A program made the translations under genes and the position numbers. This document shows positions 10,191-18,442 of a DNA stretch of 33,296 nucleotides, piece after piece (the first letter of the stretch is position 1; each line of letters opens with the position of its first letter). A model generated the notes under the pieces. The model ran no database searches. It saw only the letters and a list, made by a program, of their open reading frames with translations, and was not told where the DNA came from. The DNA is from Pseudomonadota bacterium (GTDB lineage: Bacteria; Pseudomonadota; Alphaproteobacteria; Rhizobiales; Aestuariivirgaceae): NCBI GenBank assembly GCA_039194725.1, contig JBCCVY010000001.1, positions 1 through 33,296 of the forward strand, in the 5' to 3' direction.

Positions 10191-11372
10191 CTACTTCACA
10201 TGATTGGCGATGTACTCAATCGCGGCCTGCACGCCGCCAGGTCCGTGTTCGATATCGAGCGCCGCCAACGCGGTTTCGATTGCGCCCAGCGTGCCGAGCT
10301 GGTTGTAGGCATTGACATGACCCATGTGGGCGATGCGGATTGCCCGGCTGTCCAGGGGGCCGATGCCACGGCCAATGGTCACGCCAAGCCTGTTTTCGCA
10401 GTACTCTATGATGCGGTGGCTGGCATCGCCGGGGGTCAACACGCTGGTCACAGAGTTGCTGCGCTCGGACGGTTCGGAAATGGCGAACGCGAGCTTTCCG
10501 CGCGACGCCCAGACATCAACTGCCGCCCGGGTTGCGCCGGCCAGCATCGCATGGCGATGGATGGCCGCTTCAAGCCCTTCAGAGAGCAACATCTGCAGCG
10601 CCTTCTGCAGGGCGAACACCATTTGCACCGGCGGTGTGCCGGCGTACCACTGGTAATGTTCCTTGCCATCGCGGAACGTCCAGTCCCAGTAATTTGTCAC
10701 CAGCCCCGCTGTCTTGTGTGCCTTTTTGGCCTTGGCGCTTGCGGCGGTGAAACTGAGACCTGGTGGCGTCATCAACCCCTTCTGGGCGCCGGCGACAGTT
10801 ACATCGACACCCCAGCCGTCCATGTCAAAATCCATGCATCCAAGCGATGCGATGGTGTCGACCATCAGCATGGCCGGATGCCCGGTGCTGTCCAAGGCTG
10901 CCCGGACGCCCTTGACATCATTGACGACGCCGGTGGCGGTATCGGCCTGCACCATCAGGATCGCCTTGAACTCGTGGCTGCTGTCCGCGGCGAGCCGCGT
11001 CCTGACGGCATCGATGTCAACCGCGCGGCCGCGGCGTTCGGCGAGCACTTCGGTCTCAATGCCAAGCCCGTCCGCGTTCTCTCCCCATGACCGGGGAAAC
11101 AGACCCGACGAGAGCACCAATACCTTGTCGCCCTTCGACAGCGTATTGGTCAGAGCTGCCTCCCAGGCGCCATGGCCGTTGGCGGCATAGATGTAGACTT
11201 TGCTCCGGGTGCGAAAAACCTTCTTGAGGTTTTTCAGACATTCGCGGGAAGCGGTTTCCGAACTGCCGCCATAGATGTCGACAGAAGCCTGGTGCAGGGC
11301 ATTGAGCACCTCATCGGGCATGTTCGTAGGGCCGGGAATGGCAAGATGCCGATGGCCGTTGGCAAGCGTCAT
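10191..11372 (-). CDS. Class V PLP aminotransferase (serine-glyoxylate/alanine-glyoxylate aminotransferase-like)
   Basis: IPGPT, VDTIASLG, GAQKGLMTPPG (PLP lysine), RIAHMG. Confidence 0.9.
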   Translation of the reverse strand: MTLANGHRHLAIPGPTNMPDEVLNALHQASVDIYGGSSETASRECLKNLKKVFRTRSKVYIYAANGHGAWEAALTNTLSKGDKVLVLSSGLFPRSWGENADGLGIETEVLAERRGRAVDIDAVRTRLAADSSHEFKAILMVQADTATGVVNDVKGVRAALDSTGHPAMLMVDTIASLGCMDFDMDGWGVDVTVAGAQKGLMTPPGLSFTAASAKAKKAHKTAGLVTNYWDWTFRDGKEHYQWYAGTPPVQMVFALQKALQMLLSEGLEAAIHRHAMLAGATRAAVDVWASRGKLAFAISEPSERSNSVTSVLTPGDASHRIIEYCENRLGVTIGRGIGPLDSRAIRIAHMGHVNAYNQLGTLGAIETALAALDIEHGPGGVQAAIEYIANHVK

Positions 11373-11450
11373 GAAACTGGTCCGTTGCTTGGAACTGTTA
11401 CTGGAGCAAGTGCCGGTACTGTTCCACTGCTGGCGGGCAATGGCAATACG

Positions 11451-12164
11451 TCAGGTGCCCAGGTAGCCCTGCAATCCGGGAATGTCTGATGCGCTGAAAA
11501 AGGCATCGACCGGGCGATTGGCCATGACCCGGCCGGCATCCAGAAACGCGGCATGAGTGGCTGCAAACTTTACGTCGGCGGGGTCGTGCGAGACCAGGAT
11601 GACAGTCATCCGGCGCTCCTTGTGAATGGTGCTGACGAGCCTGAGCATGTCACGCCGGAGTGCCGGTCCAAGCGCAGCAAACGGTTCATCCAGCAGCAGC
11701 ACAGGCCGGTCGCGAACCAGCGCCCGGGCGATGGCCACCCGTTGCCGCTGGCCTCCGGACAGCTCACGCGGCAACCTGTGGCCAAACCCCGAAAGGCCGG
11801 TTTTCTCCATGGCGCCGGCGATCTCGGTTCGGTCATCGCCGGACAGGTCGAGAGAGGCCGAAACGCCGAGCGCGATATTGGTGAACACGTCGAGGTGGGC
11901 AAACAGGTTGTTGTCCTGAAAGACCATGGTGACCGGGCGCTCGGCCGGTTCGGCTTCGGCCGCATCCACGCCATCGAAGTACAGGTTGCCGGAGGCAGGT
12001 TCTTCAAAACCGGCGATCAGGTTGATCAGCGTGGTCTTGCCGGACCCGGACGGGCCGATGAGGCCGGTGAAGCTGCCGGCGTCAAAGCTGGTTGAAAAGT
12101 GAAACGGTTCGCCGCCGGGATAGGCGAACTGCAACTCGTCAAGCCTGATGTCGGCGCCACTCAT
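11451..12164 (-). CDS. thiQ: Thiamine ABC transporter ATP-binding protein
   Basis: Walker A GPSGSGKT, FQDNNLFAHL, LSGGQRQR, LLLDEPFAALGPALR; ATGA-coupled to thiP. Confidence 0.93.
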   Translation of the reverse strand: MSGADIRLDELQFAYPGGEPFHFSTSFDAGSFTGLIGPSGSGKTTLINLIAGFEEPASGNLYFDGVDAAEAEPAERPVTMVFQDNNLFAHLDVFTNIALGVSASLDLSGDDRTEIAGAMEKTGLSGFGHRLPRELSGGQRQRVAIARALVRDRPVLLLDEPFAALGPALRRDMLRLVSTIHKERRMTVILVSHDPADVKFAATHAAFLDAGRVMANRPVDAFFSASDIPGLQGYLGT

Positions 12165-13783
12165 TGTGCCGCTGCCTCCGGTTTCAGTTTCTCGGCCAGC
12201 CAGATAAGTCCGAGACAGAATCCGGCCAGCAGCAGCGCTATGCCGGCCGCTTCCAGTGACCGATAGCTGCCCATCTTCTGTAGCAGGAGAAGCGGCAGGG
12301 TGACAAAGTCGGCAGAACCGAACAGCGCGGCTGCACCCAGGTCGCCGATTGACAGGGCGGCTGCAAAGGCAAAGGCGAGGGTCAACGAGCGTGCCAGAAC
12401 CGGCAGGTCAATCAGCCGCCATCTCTGCATTCCGGTGAGGCCGAGGCTGGCACACAGGCGGTCGTGGACCTGGGCCTGGCCCACTACGGCGGGCCTCAGG
12501 ATGCGCAAGGCAAAGGGCAGAGCCATAAGCGCATTGACGACCGCCACGACGACGGGTGCTGCGGAATTGGCCAAGCCTGTCCGATGCAGGACCACAAACC
12601 ATCCGGCTCCGATGACCACTGGCGGAACCACCAGTATCAGAGATCCGGCGGCCTGCATGGATGACATCAGCGCGGACGCGGCGCGCGACGGAATGCGGCG
12701 GCGCATGATGGTGCGCTGTGCGGCCAGCAGGCTCCAGGCCATCACCAGGCAAAGGCTGGCTGCGGCCAGCGCCAGTGCCAGCGACGTGACGAGCGCACGC
12801 CAGAACACTGCCTGTGTCACGATGACATCGAAGGGAGCCGTGATGCCGGACAGCACAATGGCCAGCATCGGCATGGCCATGAAGGTGAGGCCGGCGGCAA
12901 TGACAAGCGTGTCAGTAAGTTTTGCTGTCGCCTGATCCGGGCGCCGGGCCGGTTTGCCGACGCTCGCCATCACCGCGATGTCCGTGGCCATGCGTCCACC
13001 CAGGGCAAACAGGCCTGCACACAGGCTAAGCTGCAATGCAGCCAGCAGCACTGCACGCGGCGGGTCAAAGTCAAACCGCAGCGACTGATAGATGGCCACT
13101 TCAAGCGTGGTCGCCCTGGGTCCGCCACCCAGCACCAGCACGACGGCGAAACTGGCAATGCACAACATGAATACAAGACTGGCAATGCCAGGCAACGCAG
13201 ACCGGATCACCGGCCATTCGATGTGTCGAAACACATGCCGGGAACTAAAGCTCAACTGCGCGGCAAGGCGCCAGTTCTCCGGCGGTATCTGTTCCAGCGC
13301 TGCAACCAGCAGGCGCGCGGCCAGTGCCATGTTGAAGAACACATGGGCAATCAGGATGCCGCTGAGGCCGTAGATGTTCAATGGACCGGTCAGGCCAGTT
13401 TGCTGCAGCATCGTGCTCACCCAGCCCTGCCTGCCCCACACTTCGACGATGCCGAGCACGACGACCAGCGCGGGAAGCGCAAGCGGCAGGGTGAGAAGCC
13501 GCAGAATGGCCTGCCTGCCGGGAAATGACGCCTGCCGGGCCAACGCCCTTGCCAGCGGGACCGCCGCCATCACCGACAGCAGAGTGGACAATCCGGCCTG
13601 CAGCACGGTGAACCTGGTGATCGACCAGACGAAGCCGAGATAATCGGCGCTCAGGTCGGGCATGGCGGGTGCGATGGCAACCAGTGCCAGCATGGGGGTC
13701 GCAACGGCGCCGGCAATGCAAACCATGGCCGCAAGACCGGCAAGCATGGCTGGCCTTGTGCCGGCTGCTGCAGTGCTCTGCAT
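12161..13783 (-). CDS. thiP: Thiamine ABC transporter permease (start chosen at ATG 13783; ORF open to 13822)
   Basis: Duplicated permease domains, FTVLQAGLST, AHVFFN, GGGPRATTLEVAIYQ; lies between thiB and thiQ. Confidence 0.92.
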   Translation of the reverse strand: MQSTAAAGTRPAMLAGLAAMVCIAGAVATPMLALVAIAPAMPDLSADYLGFVWSITRFTVLQAGLSTLLSVMAAVPLARALARQASFPGRQAILRLLTLPLALPALVVVLGIVEVWGRQGWVSTMLQQTGLTGPLNIYGLSGILIAHVFFNMALAARLLVAALEQIPPENWRLAAQLSFSSRHVFRHIEWPVIRSALPGIASLVFMLCIASFAVVLVLGGGPRATTLEVAIYQSLRFDFDPPRAVLLAALQLSLCAGLFALGGRMATDIAVMASVGKPARRPDQATAKLTDTLVIAAGLTFMAMPMLAIVLSGITAPFDVIVTQAVFWRALVTSLALALAAASLCLVMAWSLLAAQRTIMRRRIPSRAASALMSSMQAAGSLILVVPPVVIGAGWFVVLHRTGLANSAAPVVVAVVNALMALPFALRILRPAVVGQAQVHDRLCASLGLTGMQRWRLIDLPVLARSLTLAFAFAAALSIGDLGAAALFGSADFVTLPLLLLQKMGSYRSLEAAGIALLLAGFCLGLIWLAEKLKPEAAAQ

Positions 13784-13797
13784 GACGGCCGGCCGAA

Positions 13798-14796
13798 CTA
13801 TCTGGTTGTGGCCTTGAGCCACTCGTCTATCCAGGTCTTGCGGTTGGCATTCACTTCATCCGCTGGCAACAGCAACGACTTTGACGGTTTTACAAGCTTG
13901 TCGAACGCATCCGGCATGGCTTCGGAGGTCTTGCCGGCCGGCCACATCCAGTTGTTGGTCGGAATGTGGTTCTGAAAACCCGGGCCGGTCATGAAGGTCA
14001 GGAACTTGCGGGCAAGTTGCTTGTTCTGCGACGACTTCAGGATGCCGGCAACTTCTATCTGCATGTAGTGACCTTCGGCAAAGGCGGCGGCGCGGTAGCG
14101 GTCGGTGTTCTCGGCCACCATGTGATAGGCAGGCGATGTCGTATATGACAGCACCAGCGGCGCTTCGCCCTTGGTGAACATGCCGTAGGCTTCAGACCAG
14201 CCGGGGGTCACGGTCAGCACGCGCTTTGACAGTTTTGTCCAGGCCTCGCCGGCCTTGTCGCCGTAAACCGCCTTGATCCACAGCAGCAGACCGAGGCCGG
14301 GACTGGACGTGCGTGGATCCTGGATGACTATTTTCTGCCCGGGATCGCCGTTGACCAGTTCGTCCAGGCTTGCCGGAGGTGTCTGGACCTTCTCGCTGTC
14401 ATAGATGACGGCGAAGTGACCATAGTCGTAGGGCACAAAGGTCTTGTCGGTCCATTCTAGAGGCAGGCGGAGGTTCTTGGTGTCGATACCGTGTTCTTCA
14501 AACAGTCCGGTTTCGGCGGCTTCCGTGGTCAGGCTGGTATCGATGCCGAGCAGGATGTCGGCCCGGCTGCCGGCGCCTTCGAGCTTGATGCGGTTCAAGG
14601 TGGCAACGGCATCGGCAACGGCGACCCATTCAAGCTCGCAATCGCAGGTGGCCTCAAAATCAGCCTTGATCTTCGGCCCCGGACCCCAGTCCGAAACGAA
14701 GCTGTCATAGGTGTAGATAGTCAGCTTGTCCTTGGCCATTGCCGGCGAAGCAAGGGCCAACACAACGGCAGACAACATGGTGAAAAAGCGCAGCAT
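13798..14796 (-). CDS. thiB: Thiamine ABC transporter periplasmic binding protein
   Basis: GGAGGAG RBS before ATG 14796; signal peptide; [38 protein letters not shown]; downstream of a TPP riboswitch. Confidence 0.95.
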   Translation of the reverse strand: MLRFFTMLSAVVLALASPAMAKDKLTIYTYDSFVSDWGPGPKIKADFEATCDCELEWVAVADAVATLNRIKLEGAGSRADILLGIDTSLTTEAAETGLFEEHGIDTKNLRLPLEWTDKTFVPYDYGHFAVIYDSEKVQTPPASLDELVNGDPGQKIVIQDPRTSSPGLGLLLWIKAVYGDKAGEAWTKLSKRVLTVTPGWSEAYGMFTKGEAPLVLSYTTSPAYHMVAENTDRYRAAAFAEGHYMQIEVAGILKSSQNKQLARKFLTFMTGPGFQNHIPTNNWMWPAGKTSEAMPDAFDKLVKPSKSLLLPADEVNANRKTWIDEWLKATTR

Positions 14797-14860
14797 TTTC
14801 GATCTCCTCCACGAAGATGACAACTTGCTGGCGGGCATAACGGGAAACCATCGAGAACTG

Positions 14861-14956
14861 GCTCGTATCCCTCCGCCGGCATGATCCGGATCAGGTTCAG
14901 AGGGTTGGCAAGGACACTTGCCTCTCAGCCCTTCAAGTTACGGGCACCCCAGAGCG
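14861..14956 (-). ncRNA. TPP (THI-box) riboswitch
   Basis: Minus strand reads CGCTCT GGGGTGCCC...GGGCTGAGA GGCAAG-TGTC-CTTGCC AACCC TCTGAACCTGATCCGGATCATGCCGGCGGAGGGA: GCTGAGA and AACCTGA...ATGCCGGCGGAGGGA cores, directly upstream of thiB. Confidence 0.96.
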
Positions 14957-14962
14957 ATCACA

Positions 14963-14991
14963 GATATAGTGCTTTTCGGACTTCAATGGAA
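14963..14991 (-). promoter_or_regulatory. Possible sigma70 promoter for the riboswitch-thiBPQ transcript
   Basis: Minus strand TTCCAT-N17-TATATC, containing the alphaproteobacterial CTATAT -10-like motif a few nt before the riboswitch. Confidence 0.3.
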
Positions 14992-15063
14992 CCGTTTGAG
15001 TCAGAAAGGCTCTGGCACCATACAGCACTTGTACAAGCGGAATTGTGTGGTATTGCAGCGGCC

Positions 15064-15696
15064 ATGACACAGAAGTTCACAATCCTTCTGGCCGGCGAGT
15101 TGACCGCCACGGACCGCCTCAGGTACCAGATTGACGGCAGCAGGGTGATTGCCGCCGACGGCGGTATGACGCATGCTGCCGCGCTCGGGCTTGTGCCGGA
15201 ACTGTGGCTTGGCGATTTTGATTCCAGTGACCAGGCGCTTGTTGCCCGATACGCCGACGTGCCGCGCCAGCCTTACCCGGTTGCCAAGAATGCGACAGAC
15301 GGCGAACTGGCGGTCGACGAAGCGGTTCGGCTCGGGGCGAGCGAGCTGATACTGGCCGGTGGGTTTGGCGGTCAGGCGGACCACGCCTTTGCCCACCTGA
15401 TGCTGCTGCTGCAGCTGAAGGCGCGCGGCATTCGCGTGATGCTGTCGAGCGGTCACGAGGAAGCGTGGCCGTTGCTGAATGACAGTGTTGAATTAGACGT
15501 GCCGCCGGCATCGCGGCTGTCGATCCTGCCGGTTACCGATCTGGAGCGCATCAGCATTGAAGGCGTGCGATGGCCGCTGACCGACCGGGACGTCATGCTT
15601 GGCTCGACGCTCACATTGTCAAATGAAGTGCAGACGTCGCCGGCGCGGGTGTCCGTTGCTGCCGGAAAGGCGATCGTGCTGGCCTATCCGGTTTAG
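15064..15696 (+). CDS. thiN: Thiamine pyrophosphokinase
   Basis: IAADGG, LGDFDS, KNATDGELA, GGQADH motifs. Start set at ATG 15064 because the longer ORF would overlap the riboswitch. Confidence 0.92.
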   Translation: MTQKFTILLAGELTATDRLRYQIDGSRVIAADGGMTHAAALGLVPELWLGDFDSSDQALVARYADVPRQPYPVAKNATDGELAVDEAVRLGASELILAGGFGGQADHAFAHLMLLLQLKARGIRVMLSSGHEEAWPLLNDSVELDVPPASRLSILPVTDLERISIEGVRWPLTDRDVMLGSTLTLSNEVQTSPARVSVAAGKAIVLAYPV

Positions 15697-15716
15697 GTGC
15701 CGGTCACCGGCAACCT

Positions 15717-16550
15717 TCAAACGATGGACAGTGCTGATGGGCCGTCCGGTGCCGGGAACTCATGATCGAGCAGCGCCATATCGTCGTCGTCGAGCTCGAT
15801 ATCGAGAGCGGCAACGATCGGGTCGACGCGTTCCGGACGGGATGTTTTCGGAATGGCAATTATGTGCTGCTGGGCAATCAGCCAGGCGAGCGCGATAGAT
15901 GCCGGCGTGCATCCGTGACGGTCGGCAAGCGTCGCCAGGCTTGCGTCGCGCAGCAGCCTGCCTTCACCCAACGGGCAGTAGGCCATGACCGGGATGCCGT
16001 TTTCGACAAGCTTGGGCTTCAGGTCCCATTCAATGCCACGGTCGGACAGGTTGTACAGCACCTGGTTGACCGCACAATTGCGGCCGTCGCGGACACCGAA
16101 CAGCTCTTCCATGTCTTCCGCATCAAGATTGCTGACGCCCCATTTGAGTATTTTCCCATCCTGCTTCAGACGCTCGAACCCGGAAACGGTCTCATCGAGC
16201 GGATACTGGCCGCGCCAGTGCAGCAGATACAGGTCTATGCGGTCTGTCTGCAACCGCGACAGTGAGCGTTCGCAGGCAGCGATAACGCCGTCATAGGACG
16301 CATTGTGCGGGTAGGCCTTGGAAACCAGATAAGCCTGGTCACGACGGTTCTTCACGGCTTCTGCGACGACAAGCTCCGCGCCTCCTTCGCCGTACATCTC
16401 CGCTGTGTCAATGAGATTCAAGCCACGATCGAGGCCAAGGCGCAGCACATCTGCTTCCGACTGCAGCAGGTCTGCATCTTCCCCCATGCGCCAGGTGCCG
16501 AGGCCGAGGGCAGGAATTTGGTCTCCGCCGGGAAGGGTCACATGCTTCAT
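15717..16550 (-). CDS. Aldo/keto reductase
   Basis: GGAG RBS before ATG 16550; LGLGTW, IDTAEMYG, IDLYLLHW, GVSN, NQVLYNL, IPKT. Confidence 0.93.
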   Translation of the reverse strand: MKHVTLPGGDQIPALGLGTWRMGEDADLLQSEADVLRLGLDRGLNLIDTAEMYGEGGAELVVAEAVKNRRDQAYLVSKAYPHNASYDGVIAACERSLSRLQTDRIDLYLLHWRGQYPLDETVSGFERLKQDGKILKWGVSNLDAEDMEELFGVRDGRNCAVNQVLYNLSDRGIEWDLKPKLVENGIPVMAYCPLGEGRLLRDASLATLADRHGCTPASIALAWLIAQQHIIAIPKTSRPERVDPIVAALDIELDDDDMALLDHEFPAPDGPSALSIV

Positions 16551-16650
16551 ACGCAACTCCACTATACCACTTCCGCAGCTTGACGCAGGAAGCAGTGTGA
16601 ACGCAAGGTGCGTTGCAACTGATAAACAACACTTGAAGTCGAAGGGCGGA

Positions 16651-17184
16651 ATGAAAGCAGACTCATTCTCGTTTGCTGGCGATGACTGGCGGGCAGGCAT
16701 TTTCACCGCATTGAAAGCGCATGGTGTTCGGCAAATGGCCTATGTGCCGGACGCCGGTCATGCCAGCCTGATCAATGCATGCCTTGCAGACAATGAAATC
16801 AGCTGTTCGGTTCTCACCACCGAAGAAGAAGGCGTTGCCGTTCTGGCCGGCGCCGAGCTTGGCGGCCAGCGCGGCGTCATGCTCATGCAGTCGTCCGGCG
16901 TGGGCAACTGTGTCAACATGTTCTCGCTGCTCAAATCCTGCGGGTTTCCATTTGTGACCCTGGTCACAATGCGCGGCGAGTGGGGCGAGTTCAATCCGTG
17001 GCAGATGCCGATGGGACAGGCAACAGAAGAGACGTTCAGGCGGTCGGGGTTTATCGTCTATCGTGCCGATACGGGCGAAGATGCGGCAGCCATGACCGGA
17101 TCGGCGATGCGCCTGGCCTATGACAGCAAATGTCCGGTCGCGGTCTTGTTGTCGCAGCGCCTGATCGGCGCGAAAGACTTTTGA
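16651..17184 (+). CDS. TPP-dependent decarboxylase alpha subunit (sulfopyruvate decarboxylase ComD / phosphonopyruvate decarboxylase N-terminal-like)
   Basis: VPD, TTEEEGV (catalytic Glu region), LMQSSGVGNCVN, RGEWGEFNPWQMPMG. Confidence 0.85.
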   Translation: MKADSFSFAGDDWRAGIFTALKAHGVRQMAYVPDAGHASLINACLADNEISCSVLTTEEEGVAVLAGAELGGQRGVMLMQSSGVGNCVNMFSLLKSCGFPFVTLVTMRGEWGEFNPWQMPMGQATEETFRRSGFIVYRADTGEDAAAMTGSAMRLAYDSKCPVAVLLSQRLIGAKDF

Positions 17185-17197
17185 GGCGGGCCGCGAC

Positions 17198-17785
17198 ATG
17201 ATTGAAAGACGCAAGGCGATCGCAGCGATATTGCAGGACCGGCCGGACAACCTGCTGGTGATCAGCGGCCTGGGATCGCCGACATATGATGTGGCCGCTG
17301 CAGGAGACGTTGCACAGAACTTCTACCTGTGGGGCGCCATGGGCGGCGCAGCGGCCATGGGTTTGGGCCTTGCGCTGGCACGCCCGGACGCTCGAGTGCT
17401 GGTGGTCACCGGCGACGGGGAAATGCTGATGGGCATGGGGTCGCTGGCCACCATTGCCGCCAAGGCACCCGGCAATCTCGCCATGCTGGTCATCGACAAC
17501 GAGGCGTTTGGTGAAACCGGCGGCCAGATCAGCCACACGGGCAAGACCACCAATCTCGCTGCCGTTGCGCTGGCGTGCGGGTTCAGACACGTCGCTACCG
17601 CCTACAAGCCCACAGACCTTGATGCGGTGAAGCAACTGGTGCTTGAAGAAAACGGCCCTGTGCTGGGTGTGGTAAAGACCAGTTCGGATGAACTGCCGAG
17701 AGTGCTGCCGGAACGTGACGGGCACATCATCAGAAACAGATTCAAGACGGCCTTAGCAGGTCAGCAACATGGAGAAAGCAGATGA
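17198..17785 (+). CDS. TPP-dependent decarboxylase beta subunit (ComE-like)
   Basis: GAMGGA..GLGLAL, TPP-binding GDG...N motif (TGDGEMLM...IDNEAFGETGGQ); adjacent to the alpha subunit. Confidence 0.85.
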   Translation: MIERRKAIAAILQDRPDNLLVISGLGSPTYDVAAAGDVAQNFYLWGAMGGAAAMGLGLALARPDARVLVVTGDGEMLMGMGSLATIAAKAPGNLAMLVIDNEAFGETGGQISHTGKTTNLAAVALACGFRHVATAYKPTDLDAVKQLVLEENGPVLGVVKTSSDELPRVLPERDGHIIRNRFKTALAGQQHGESR

Positions 17786-18135
17786 GTTTGAAAAGAATTG
17801 GTGCCGGTAACCGGATGACAAGCGCGATCATCCACGGTGACAAGGTCTATATGTCCGGTCTTGTGGCTGACAAGGCCGCGGGCGGCAGCGTCGCCGACCA
17901 GACGGCAGACATTCTGGCCCAGATAGATGCCTTGCTGTCAGAAGCCGGGTCCGACAAGACCAAAGTCATCAAGGCGACCATCTGGCTCACCGACATGGAT
18001 ACCTGGGCCGAAATGAACACGGTCTGGGACGCATGGGTGGTGGCCGGTGAAACGCCATGCCGTGCTGCGGTACATTCTCCGAAGCTGGCGGCGCCGGGCC
18101 TGGATGTCGAAATCCAGGTGGAGGCAGCCGTCTAG
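17782..18135 (+). CDS. Rid family (YjgF/YER057c/UK114) imine/enamine deaminase, YoaB/Rid2-like
   Basis: 117 aa; MNTVWDAWV, PCRAAV containing the conserved active-site Arg, VEI; ATGA-coupled to the ComE-like gene. Confidence 0.88.
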   Translation: MSLKRIGAGNRMTSAIIHGDKVYMSGLVADKAAGGSVADQTADILAQIDALLSEAGSDKTKVIKATIWLTDMDTWAEMNTVWDAWVVAGETPCRAAVHSPKLAAPGLDVEIQVEAAV

Positions 18136-18430
18136 AGCGAGATAAGATTGGAACATTTGATGGCGGAAAATCAGTTCACTCGGCTAGGCGCGTCGCGCAG
18201 CGCGATGCGGTGCATCGGGCAAGCGGCGCAACGACTCCGATGGACCGATTTTCTCCACCCGGAAAGGAGCAGGAATTTTGATGATACCTGATTTATTGGC
18301 GGGACGATTTTGCCCTCTGGCGTCGTTGGATCGCACTTGTGGTGGAGCGACACCACGGCGTGCAATCCGCCTAGCCAGCGGCCAAAATCGCCGCGGTCAA
18401 ATGTTCCAATCTCATCATATCTCGCTCTAG
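18132..18430. mobile_element. MITE-like non-coding element with terminal inverted repeats, CTAG at both ends and two inverted internal hairpin units
   Basis: Left end CTAGAGCGAGATAAGATTGGAACATTTGA (18132-18160) matches the reverse complement of the right end (18397-18430) except for a 5-nt insertion. Removing the element leaves Rid stop-GGAG-ATG. Confidence 0.8.
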
Positions 18431-18442
18431 GGAGTCGCTGTT

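Noticed and set aside
14881-15063. N-terminal extension of thiN in the ORF track
   Set aside because: Overlaps the TPP riboswitch; recognisable ThiN sequence begins at ATG 15064.
16405-16706. Apparent overlap between the aldo/keto reductase and ComD-like ORFs
   Set aside because: Artefact of longest-ORF starts; starts at 16550 (-) and 16651 (+) leave a normal divergent spacer.
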